From IMG/VR virus record IMGVR_UViG_3300023174_000040, positions 62,001 through 126,000 of that record: a DNA stretch of 64,000 nucleotides; one strand, 5' to 3'. Made by a program: the position numbers and the translations under genes. Position 1 is the first letter of the stretch. Each line of letters opens with the position of its first letter. This document shows positions 38,234-46,401 of the stretch, piece by piece. The notes beneath the pieces are model-generated. The model saw only the letters and a list, made by a program, of their open reading frames with translations. It ran no database searches and was not told the DNA's origin.

Positions 38234-39193
38234 ATGATAACAATATTTGATGACAATAGAAATTTTTATCCTTATGAATTAATGAACTTCCCAGAAGGTG
38301 AAAGTTTTGTTAAACTAAATATTAATTCAAAAAACCCTGTAAATATACTTTGGAAGTATGAGAATGACCAAGAATTATTTGTTTTGGGTTTAATTATTGA
38401 TGTTATTTGTCACGATGGGGGTGTACTTAAAAATCTTTATATTCCTTATTTTCCTCACGCAAGACAAGATAGAAACACATCAAAAAATCAACCTTTTTCA
38501 CTAAGAGTATTTGTTGGATGTTTGAAGGAAATTCTTTTTGGCTACCTTACGAATGGGCCGTATCTGGAAAAAATAAAAATTCATAGTTTAGATATTCACT
38601 CTGGCGTTTTGAGTTCTCTAATTAACAATAATCCTTACTTAGTATGGCTATCAAACCCAGAGTTATTTAAATCATTAGATTCTTGTGAATTAATTCAGCA
38701 TTTTAATTTTAGCCATATAAATTGTATAATTTGCCCAGATAAAGGAGCGAAAGATAGATCAACACAATGGGCAGATAAATTAAACTTGCCAATTTTATAT
38801 TGCGAAAAAACAAGAGATCCAAGTACTGGTAGATTAAGTGATCCTGTTATTGTTAATATGGAAAATTTAAGGTCTGAATGGGCATACCTTCTAGTTGATG
38901 ATATTGGCACAGGATTTGGAACTCATATTCAATTGGCTAATTTTATTAAATCTAAAATTAATGTTCCAATAGAAATTTTTGTTTCTCATGCTGGATTTTC
39001 TAATGGAATCGAACCAGTATTAAATGTTTTTGATAGAATTTATACAACAAACAGTCTGGTCAAGGGACACAACAAAATATTAGACTTGCAAAGACAAAAC
39101 AACCCGCTACAATGGGGGAGTATATTTGTTGTTGATGTTGAAAAAATCTTTGAAAAACAAATGCAAGAGCGGCGAGGAGCAGACCATGAATAA
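38234..39193 (+). CDS. prs: ribose-phosphate pyrophosphokinase-like protein (candidate Adps)
   Basis: NFPEGES, IPYFPHARQDR, LDIHS, CPDKGA, KTRD, LLVDDIGTGFGT, VSHAGF. Confidence 0.9.
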   Translation: MITIFDDNRNFYPYELMNFPEGESFVKLNINSKNPVNILWKYENDQELFVLGLIIDVICHDGGVLKNLYIPYFPHARQDRNTSKNQPFSLRVFVGCLKEILFGYLTNGPYLEKIKIHSLDIHSGVLSSLINNNPYLVWLSNPELFKSLDSCELIQHFNFSHINCIICPDKGAKDRSTQWADKLNLPILYCEKTRDPSTGRLSDPVIVNMENLRSEWAYLLVDDIGTGFGTHIQLANFIKSKINVPIEIFVSHAGFSNGIEPVLNVFDRIYTTNSLVKGHNKILDLQRQNNPLQWGSIFVVDVEKIFEKQMQERRGADHE

Positions 39194-39644
39194 AACCGAC
39201 AACGAGCCGTCTCCTGGTTCTCACGGGTGGTATCGCATTGTCGTCGATAGTCAAACAGGCAAAGTCATCAGGCGAGAAGACTGCGGCGATTCTCCGCTAA
39301 AGGTTGAACGTGAAGCAAACGACGATGACGACAAATCGCACACGCTGATAGCGTCCGCTGTGGTTTCTCTTGTCGCCTCTCTTGTTACTTCGGCGTGTTT
39401 TATTTCTTGCCAACGGCAGGACGTTGACGGCCGACTTCATCCGGCTCTCTTGAAACTGACGGACCAACAGAACGACCTAAACATCCATGACATCCAGTTG
39501 GAGCGGCTGTGGAGCAATATTGTTCTCACCACAATCTCGGCCGCTTTGTCCCGTAGACCTCAAGCCAAGACGAAATCAAGCGTCTGCGACTTACCCACTT
39601 GGAGCGGCAGGTGCCTGATATTAGCCAAACTTATAAATTATTAA
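39186..39644 (+). CDS. hypothetical protein on a GC-rich patch
   Basis: MNKTDNEPSPGSHG start; about 53% GC in a sampled 60-nt line. Confidence 0.5.
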   Translation: MNKTDNEPSPGSHGWYRIVVDSQTGKVIRREDCGDSPLKVEREANDDDDKSHTLIASAVVSLVASLVTSACFISCQRQDVDGRLHPALLKLTDQQNDLNIHDIQLERLWSNIVLTTISAALSRRPQAKTKSSVCDLPTWSGRCLILAKLINY

Positions 39645-39877
39645 ATATTGCTCTTGAGAAAAGCTTAATAATTAGAGATTGTCGGCAGGTTTTCTGCGAT
39701 GAAAAATTGTATAATGAAATTTATGATATAATACAACACACTACTACCATTGACACACTAGATCAAATGGCAGATGAAGTGCATTGTTTGGCAAATAACG
39801 GTTATATTGATGATGATGCGGAGCGTTTTTTGATAATGAAAATTAGTGATCAAAAAATTTCACTTTCTAATACTTAA
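39599..39877 (+). CDS. hypothetical protein
   Basis: ORF track. Confidence 0.55.
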   Translation: MERQVPDISQTYKLLNIALEKSLIIRDCRQVFCDEKLYNEIYDIIQHTTTIDTLDQMADEVHCLANNGYIDDDAERFLIMKISDQKISLSNT

Positions 39878-39895
39878 AACAAAAAGGAGTTATAA

Positions 39896-41521
39896 ATGAA
39901 CACTTTGCCAATTTTACTCAGCGACAGTTACAAACAATTTCATTGGATGATGTATCCAAAAGGAATTACTAAATTGTATAGTAATATGACCCCAAGAAAT
40001 TTTAAGCACCTTAAAACAGATCGTGCATTATTTTTTGGGCTGCAATATTATATTAAGGAATACCTTATCACACAATGGAACGAAAACTTTTTCAAAAAAC
40101 CAAAAGAAGAAGTTGTTAAAGAATTTAAAAGATTTCATAAACATTTTAGTAACTATGATATGCCAACAGAGCATATTGAAAAATTGCATGATTTAGGCTA
40201 TATGCCAATTCTTATCAAAGCATTACCAGAAGGTAGTCTTGTTGAAGAAAAAGTGCCATTTTTTACTATCACAAACACCCACCCAGACTTTGCTTGGTTG
40301 GTTAACTTTCTTGAAACTCAAATGAGTACAAGTATTTGGGATTTTTGTGTTGTAGCAACCATTGCTTATGAATATCGTAAAATATTAAATAAATGGGCAA
40401 ATAAAACTTGCGATAATAGAAATTTTGTTCAATGGCAAGGTCATGATTTCGCACAACGAGGAAGAAGTAGCCAAGAAAGCACACTAAACCAAGCAGGACA
40501 TTTGCTTAGTTTTACCGGCACTGATACCATTCCCAGTGTTTTAATGCTGGAAAAATATTATAATGCCAATATGGAAAAAGAGTTAATCGCAAGTAGTGTC
40601 CCGGCTACAGAACACAGCATTATGACTAGTTATGGAAAAGAAAATGAAATTGATGCTTTTGAAAGAATCTTGGATCAATTTCCAACTGGTATTGTGAGCA
40701 TAGTTAGCGACAGTTTTGATCTGTGGCAAGTATGCACTAGTTTTTGTACTCAACTTAAGGATAAAATCTTAAGCAGAGATGGAAAAATGGTCATCAGACC
40801 TGACAGTGGAGATCCTGCTGATATCGTGTGCGGATTAAATATACTTAAATTTGATAATTTTAAAAAAGCCGAAGAATGTTTTCATTTTCATATAGATAAT
40901 GGTAAAAATCTGTTTATAGTTGATGACAAGTGCTACAAGGTTAAAATTCATTCTGGTAGTGAGTTTATCTACGAGCCATATAATCTAAACCCTTCGGAAA
41001 AGGGAGTTGTAGAACTTCTTTGGGACGTTTTCGGTGGTACAATTAACAGTAAGGGATATAAGGAACTAGATTCTCATATCGGAGTAATCTACGGCGATAG
41101 CATTAGCCGAGAAAGAGCAGAAGATATTTGCTCTAGGCTAGAAAAGAAAGGTTTCGCTAGTAATAATATCGTTTTTGGCATAGGAAGTTACACATATAAT
41201 TATAACACTAGAGATAGTCTTGGTATTGCTGTTAAAAGCACCTATTGCGAAGTAGATGGTATTCCTAGGGAGATTTTCAAAGACCCTGTAACGGATGACG
41301 GCGTTAAAAAGAGTGCAAGAGGATTACTGAAAATAGACTCAAATGAAAATAGAGACTATATTCTTAAAGATTGTGTTTCTAAAGAAGAAGAAACTCAAGG
41401 TTATTTGAAGCCAGTGTTTTCTGACGGCAAACTTTTAGTAGATGATGAATTGAGTGTCATTAGAACAAGAATAAACCATGCAGAACTCTGGCTCTGTCCA
41501 GCGATTAAAGATGAACAATGA
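39896..41521 (+). CDS. nadV: nicotinamide phosphoribosyltransferase-family protein (candidate Namat)
   Basis: LLSDSYKQFH, FFGLQY, HDFAQRG, FTGTDT, VPATEHS, SIVSDSFD, VIRPDSGDP, IYGDSI, FGIGS, KDPVTDDGVKKSARG. Confidence 0.95.
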   Translation: MNTLPILLSDSYKQFHWMMYPKGITKLYSNMTPRNFKHLKTDRALFFGLQYYIKEYLITQWNENFFKKPKEEVVKEFKRFHKHFSNYDMPTEHIEKLHDLGYMPILIKALPEGSLVEEKVPFFTITNTHPDFAWLVNFLETQMSTSIWDFCVVATIAYEYRKILNKWANKTCDNRNFVQWQGHDFAQRGRSSQESTLNQAGHLLSFTGTDTIPSVLMLEKYYNANMEKELIASSVPATEHSIMTSYGKENEIDAFERILDQFPTGIVSIVSDSFDLWQVCTSFCTQLKDKILSRDGKMVIRPDSGDPADIVCGLNILKFDNFKKAEECFHFHIDNGKNLFIVDDKCYKVKIHSGSEFIYEPYNLNPSEKGVVELLWDVFGGTINSKGYKELDSHIGVIYGDSISRERAEDICSRLEKKGFASNNIVFGIGSYTYNYNTRDSLGIAVKSTYCEVDGIPREIFKDPVTDDGVKKSARGLLKIDSNENRDYILKDCVSKEEETQGYLKPVFSDGKLLVDDELSVIRTRINHAELWLCPAIKDEQ

Positions 41522-41564
41522 AATTTGGCAACGATATTTAAAAAAAGAAAGAGAAAGATTTTAG

Positions 41565-41750
41565 ATGAATGAGGAAGAAGCCTGGGGCTGGGCATATAAT
41601 AATCCAACTCTTAGCAAGCTAATAAGAGAAGCCGAAGACTTTTGCGAAGAATTACGTAAGCCTTTAGACTACACAAAAATAAAAATCAGTACAGATTACG
41701 GAAGAAAGGTAGTTATGTATTATGAAGAAGAGGAAGAAAATGAAATATAA
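41565..41750 (+). CDS. hypothetical protein, paralog of 31309..31494
   Basis: REAEDFCEEL...TDYG. Confidence 0.7.
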   Translation: MNEEEAWGWAYNNPTLSKLIREAEDFCEELRKPLDYTKIKISTDYGRKVVMYYEEEEENEI

Positions 41751-42216
41751 AATTTGTAAACTAATGGGCTGGGATGGCAGTGAGTGGTATCAAGTTAAGA
41801 AAAAAGGTTGGTTATTTTGGAATTGGGTTGGGAAATGTGAAGGCCCAATAGAATTGCCGTTATTTGTTGAGTTAAAATTTTCTACTTTTGAAGACGCTGC
41901 GAAGTGGATAGAACAACATGAAAAATTGATTAATAATAGAAAACCAAAAATATTAGAAGAAGTTACATATAATGAATCAGTTGAACAGGCAAGTCGTTTA
42001 GGCTATATCAACAATCATAAATATGGAACGGAAAAAGTGGAAAAAGATTTTGCAGACACAGAGACTCTGATACTGCTGGAATTAGTTCAATTAAAAATTG
42101 CCGTAAGGTCTTTGCTGGATGATGTTAACGAAAGATACCCAGATAAAAATCCAAGAGAATGGACTTGCAAACATATGCAATTACTGGATGACTTAATACA
42201 GAAGGACGTTGTGTAA
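41740..42216 (+). CDS. hypothetical protein, N-terminal half paralogous to 31830..32072
   Basis: KYKICK...WYQVKKKGWLFW. Confidence 0.65.
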   Translation: MKYKICKLMGWDGSEWYQVKKKGWLFWNWVGKCEGPIELPLFVELKFSTFEDAAKWIEQHEKLINNRKPKILEEVTYNESVEQASRLGYINNHKYGTEKVEKDFADTETLILLELVQLKIAVRSLLDDVNERYPDKNPREWTCKHMQLLDDLIQKDVV

Positions 42217-42493
42217 GAAAGGCCAACAACAGATGAAAATTCCTCATTCAAGAACAAGAGAGCAAATTATAATTTCAATGTGTTTTACTTATCGCCATGA
42301 TTATGGTCTTGCTAAAAGTCCCGGTGTTAGTGGAATGATTAGTGGCGGAATGACCGAAGAACAAAGAAAACTTTTGTATAATCAAATGGCTCAAATATTT
42401 GATAATGATATTGCTCCATATGTAGACTTGAAATGTTTTGGTGAAAATATTCCATGTTCAACTAAAAAATTTCGTGATCAACCATTTCACTAG
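42209..42493 (+). CDS. hypothetical protein
   Basis: MCFTYRHDYGL...LYNQMAQIFDNDIAP. Confidence 0.65.
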   Translation: MCKKGQQQMKIPHSRTREQIIISMCFTYRHDYGLAKSPGVSGMISGGMTEEQRKLLYNQMAQIFDNDIAPYVDLKCFGENIPCSTKKFRDQPFH

Positions 42494-42519
42494 TTCCAAA
42501 ATGATATGTGGAGAAAACA

Positions 42520-42822
42520 ATGAACACACTAATTAATGTGCTAGGAGGTATCAATATTATTCTAGCCGTCATGAGTTTTTTGCCATGTTTAATGGGAGGA
42601 CTAATGATATTTGATGCTCCTGGCTCAACAGAAAAAATATCGAATCATATAGTATCATTTTTGTTTTTAAGTTTTCCAGTAGTTTGTTTAGTTTGTGGAA
42701 TAATGTCTTTGTTTGTTAATAATAAATACCCCATTTATTTTGCACTATTTCCTATAGTTGAAGGAACAACATTCGTTTCAATATTGTATTTAATTTCATG
42801 GCAACGGAAAAGAATTAAGTGA
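42520..42822 (+). CDS. three-helix membrane protein
   Basis: Hydrophobic; FDAPGS motif. Confidence 0.7.
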   Translation: MNTLINVLGGINIILAVMSFLPCLMGGLMIFDAPGSTEKISNHIVSFLFLSFPVVCLVCGIMSLFVNNKYPIYFALFPIVEGTTFVSILYLISWQRKRIK

Positions 42823-42859
42823 AATAATAGGCCTAAACACATTACTTTAGAGGAATAAC

Positions 42860-43780
42860 ATGGATGAAAAAATCAAAATCACCACAGAAGGTAAATCTGT
42901 AGTTGCTACTCATAAAAATAAAGTTATTCGCAAATGGGATACTTTTTTCTACTTTAGCACAAAACTAGTGCTTCAATCACTTTCTCGGCCTTGGCATGAA
43001 AAGCAATTAACTGAAGAAGAATTTAAATCTAAAAATCCTCTCTTTTCTTTTGTTAAAAAAGATGTTTTATCAAAAGTATATCGTGCCTACTTAATAAAAA
43101 ATAATTACAGTTCTTTTAAAGAAGAATATGGAATAACCGCCTCTACCGCTAGAAAAATCATAAATTCAAAAATGAAGGAGATTTGGGTTGTAGACCCATA
43201 TCTTTTTACAAAGTTTTGTTTTAATTTAAAAAGAAAACCAAGCGCCGATAAAGTTCATAGACTCAGTGAGACAGTAGATCTATTAAAGCAAGTTAAAATA
43301 AAAAATCATTTACCTTTGGTTTTTTATTTTGGAGTCAAAGAATCCGAACTACCTTCTTTATTTGGTGAAGATTCTTGGAAAGAAATTTCCAAAAACAGTG
43401 AGTATAGAAACCATGTTTTGTGCAAAAGAGTTTGTAATATTTCTGCTGACTCTTTTTTGCCGCAAAATAGGTTAGAGTATGCTAAAAGATTCAAAGAATT
43501 TAACAAAATAAAAAAAACCGGTGCCCTAGAAAAATTTTATTACGAAAGCAATTTTGAATTGATTTATATTGTTTGTAACATATTTAAAATAAAAGAAATA
43601 AAAGATATCTGTAGTTCAAAATGCTTTGGTTTGCCTCTATGGGGTCAAGTTAACTCTAGTGATCACTATAATTTATTTGTATGTATAAAAGATTTCCTAG
43701 ATCTAGCTAAGAAGCATAAATATAAATACGATATCAATTGGACGAGAGAACAATGGGAAAAAACATTAAAAACCTCATAG
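42860..43780 (+). CDS. hypothetical protein
   Basis: 306-aa ORF with gagga RBS. Confidence 0.75.
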   Translation: MDEKIKITTEGKSVVATHKNKVIRKWDTFFYFSTKLVLQSLSRPWHEKQLTEEEFKSKNPLFSFVKKDVLSKVYRAYLIKNNYSSFKEEYGITASTARKIINSKMKEIWVVDPYLFTKFCFNLKRKPSADKVHRLSETVDLLKQVKIKNHLPLVFYFGVKESELPSLFGEDSWKEISKNSEYRNHVLCKRVCNISADSFLPQNRLEYAKRFKEFNKIKKTGALEKFYYESNFELIYIVCNIFKIKEIKDICSSKCFGLPLWGQVNSSDHYNLFVCIKDFLDLAKKHKYKYDINWTREQWEKTLKTS

Positions 43781-43782
43781 AT

Positions 43783-43895
43783 GTGGCCAAAATAACGGCC
43801 AAAGTGAATTTTCCCGCTCGGTACATTTATGGTAATTTTAAGCCAAAATACTAGAAAATTTCCCGCTCGGGAAAGTGGCCAAAATAACGGCCAAA
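43783..43895. repeat. intergenic direct-repeat cluster
   Basis: Perfect 21-nt gtggccaaaataacggccaaa at 43783-43803 and 43875-43895 flanking two tttcccgctcgg copies, one of which forms the hairpin tttcccg-ctc-gggaaa. Confidence 0.85.
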
Positions 43896-43916
43896 TAATG
43901 GAGCTTGGAACAAAAA

Positions 43917-44219
43917 ATGAGTGACGTTCCTGAATTAGACCGTTTAATCGAAGAAAACGAAAATTTTCGATGCAATATGAAATGGCGTCGAAGAGACAGA
44001 TCTTCTAAACTCTTTATGTTATTCATGATTTTACTTTTTCCAGTATATTTTTTTAATATTTTTATTTTTGGTGTAGAAGTTGCATCGATATTAATGGTTG
44101 TACTTTTTATTTTATCTCTTTCGCCATTAATTTACGAATGTTCACTTGATATATTTGAAGGTCTTCTTAAAGATAGTTATAAAAATATGGACATGACTAA
44201 AAAGTATAATAGAAAGTGA
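43917..44219 (+). CDS. two-helix membrane protein
   Basis: ORF 43905..44219. Confidence 0.65.
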   Translation: MSDVPELDRLIEENENFRCNMKWRRRDRSSKLFMLFMILLFPVYFFNIFIFGVEVASILMVVLFILSLSPLIYECSLDIFEGLLKDSYKNMDMTKKYNRK

Positions 44220-44321
44220 AGATCTTTACAAAATAAAATTTTTGATTATACTCACCTATTATGTTCCCGATCGGTATTGTTTTCGTTGTTTACAGGACGG
44301 AAATGGGGTAGAGTTGCTCCA

Positions 44322-44390
44322 GATGGCCTAAATGTTCCCGTTCGGGAACACATCAGGCTCGAGAAGACCAAGGAATTCGAGGAAACCATC
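44322..44390 (+). ncRNA. candidate structured RNA 5' of the tRNA-His-like gene
   Basis: gatgg/ccatc, cct/agg, tgttccc/gggaaca and ctcga/tcgag helices in a GC-rich intergenic segment. Confidence 0.35.
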
Positions 44391-44392
44391 AT

Positions 44393-44492
44393 GGTGAATG
44401 TAGCGTAGTGGTAGCGTGAGGGAAGTTCCGAACTGCGACAGCAGAGTAGGCAAACAAATGCCCTTGTGGTGGTTCGATTCCACCCATTCGCC
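44393..44492 (+). tRNA. tRNA-His-like gene with an aberrant, expanded anticodon arm
   Basis: G-1:C73, GTGAATG/CATTCGC acceptor and GGTGG-TTCGATT-CCACC T-arm; the anticodon loop is replaced by about 38 nt with no GTG. Confidence 0.6.
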
Positions 44493-44511
44493 CTGACCAA
44501 AGAAAAAAACA

Positions 44512-44700
44512 ATGACCGAAAAATTTACTGAATTCAAAGAAAGGCTATCTTCTATTGTTAAGGAAGAATATGCAAACGATTGGTTGCAAACCCCAAATAA
44601 AGCTTTTAACGGTAAAAAACCTATTGATTTAATTAATGAAGGAAATTTTGATCCTTTGTTTGAAATGCTGTATAGATTAGAGAGTGGAATACCGGGATAA
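44512..44700 (+). CDS. antitoxin Xre/MbcA C-terminal-like small protein
   Basis: WLQTPNKAFNGKKPIDLI resembles the DUF2384 toxin-binding domain. Confidence 0.5.
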   Translation: MTEKFTEFKERLSSIVKEEYANDWLQTPNKAFNGKKPIDLINEGNFDPLFEMLYRLESGIPG

Positions 44701-44760
44701 ACAAAAGCAGAACCAAAATGATATCTGACTATCAAGTTGAAGCTGAAATAGAGCCGTGAG

Positions 44761-45645
44761 GTGAAAATGACTAGTTACTCAGAAAAATATCACCAGTTCA
44801 TCTCAAACGTTACTTATGAGGATGTTGATTGTTTCATTAAAAATGGAACTATGATTAATGGGGAAAAGCCCAACAATATTCAAAAGATAGCTTTGTTTTC
44901 AATTATTAAGACAGAACCATATTATGCTTACTGCTATGCTAGGGATGTAATTAAAGACCGGTGGATTGAAGTTGAAGAAATCATAAAGAATAGCCGTCCA
45001 GAATATATCCATCATTATGCCAAAGATGTTATCAAGGGACGGTGGATTGAGTGCGAAGAGATTATCAAGAGTGATCCCCAGTATGCTTATCTTTATTCCA
45101 GAGATGTAATTAAAAATCGTTGGAATGAAGCAGAAGAGATTATTAAGACTGACCCATATTATGCCTATCTCTATGCTAGAGATATAATTAAAGATCGCTG
45201 GATTGAAGCAGAAAAAATTATTAAAACTAGTCCTGCATATGTTTACTATTACACCAAAGATGTCCTAAAAGATAGATGGATTGAAGCTGAGAGAGTTCTA
45301 ATCCACTATATGTATCTTTACGCCAAAGATATAATTAAAGGCAGATGGATCGAATCAGAAGGGATTATTAAAACTGATCCACGATATGCCTATTATTATG
45401 CTAGAGACGTAATCGAAGGTCGCTGGGTTGACGCAGAAGAAACCATAAAAACTAGTCCAGAGTATGCCTGTGGTTACGCTAAAGATGTAATTAAAGGAAG
45501 ATGGATTGAAGCAGAAGAAGTCATCAAGACTAGTCCAGAATTTCTTTATCAATATGCAGTCGAAGTAATCAAAGGAAGATTATCAGAAGAACTTGAAAGT
45601 GTTTTTGAAACACTCGAGTTTCCTTCCGGTACGGTTGGAGAGTAG
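44761..45645 (+). CDS. tandem-repeat (about 25-aa) helical solenoid protein
   Basis: About 9 copies of P.YAY.YARDVIKGRW.EAE.IIK. Confidence 0.85.
   Translation: MKMTSYSEKYHQFISNVTYEDVDCFIKNGTMINGEKPNNIQKIALFSIIKTEPYYAYCYARDVIKDRWIEVEEIIKNSRPEYIHHYAKDVIKGRWIECEEIIKSDPQYAYLYSRDVIKNRWNEAEEIIKTDPYYAYLYARDIIKDRWIEAEKIIKTSPAYVYYYTKDVLKDRWIEAERVLIHYMYLYAKDIIKGRWIESEGIIKTDPRYAYYYARDVIEGRWVDAEETIKTSPEYACGYAKDVIKGRWIEAEEVIKTSPEFLYQYAVEVIKGRLSEELESVFETLEFPSGTVGE
45618..45636 (+). promoter_or_regulatory. conserved 19-nt motif copy
   Basis: gtttccttccggtacggtt upstream of 45679. Confidence 0.65.
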
Positions 45646-45678
45646 CGAACCTCCTAAACCTCCCATTAAATAATTAAT

Positions 45679-45939
45679 ATGCCTAAATTTGAAATTACTA
45701 TTGAGCGTGAAGTCCCTAGTGTTAGGGAACGTGCCAAGATTGTGGTAATTGCAGATAGCGTAGAAGATATTAAAGATAACTTTGATCTCGATATGATTAA
45801 TGATGATGATATTGAACTTGAGTGGGAAGAGGTTATGGAGGGTCACGGTGGATTTCCCTGTGATTATGATATTCATAGCATCGACCCCGTGGATGACTCA
45901 GTTGAGGCAGATATTGAACTAACTGATTCTGACGAATAA
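45679..45939 (+). CDS. acidic hypothetical protein
   Basis: D/E-rich 86-aa ORF. Confidence 0.7.
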   Translation: MPKFEITIEREVPSVRERAKIVVIADSVEDIKDNFDLDMINDDDIELEWEEVMEGHGGFPCDYDIHSIDPVDDSVEADIELTDSDE

Positions 45940-45951
45940 TAAAACAAACAA

Positions 45952-45970
45952 GTTTCCTTCCGGTACGGTT
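45952..45970 (+). promoter_or_regulatory. conserved 19-nt motif copy upstream of the Tas-like operon
   Basis: gtttccttccggtacggtt upstream of ATG 46005. Confidence 0.65.
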
Positions 45971-46004
45971 GAGAGTAGTCTCCATAAAACAAAAGAAACA
46001 AAAC

Positions 46005-46367
46005 ATGAAAACAGTTACTAAAAAGCAAGTAATGATTGGTAATTTGGAAGTTGTTGGTGACGTTCATCTTCTTGAGCAGTGTCACGGCTGCTTGAGTCTT
46101 AATTGGCAGGGAAATGTTGAACGTGTATTGACGCCCACTACAACCAATACGTTCAACGTGCCTCCCGGCAAACGATGGTACGAGCCTATCGACAAGGGCG
46201 GAATCCCGCTGTATGGGTTTAACGAAGCCGGGAATGTAATTTGTTGTATGGTTCTTTTAGCCAAGGGTGAACAAGACCATAAGGGCAACAAGTACAATAG
46301 CGATGTTATTTTGGTTGCACCAGCCGAACGAACAGATACTTGGGGCTGGGACGTTTTGCAGAAGTAG
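46005..46367 (+). CDS. hypothetical protein
   Basis: Start MKTVTKK within ORF 45969..46367. Confidence 0.7.
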   Translation: MKTVTKKQVMIGNLEVVGDVHLLEQCHGCLSLNWQGNVERVLTPTTTNTFNVPPGKRWYEPIDKGGIPLYGFNEAGNVICCMVLLAKGEQDHKGNKYNSDVILVAPAERTDTWGWDVLQK

Positions 46368-46401
46368 TGATCCCCATAATTTCATAGAAAGATAAAATAA
46401 T

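Noticed and set aside
44252-44735. Minus-strand ORFs 44252..44512 and 44328..44735, and 52067..52279
   Set aside because: They are antisense to tRNA or structured-RNA regions and to + strand genes, with no protein motifs.
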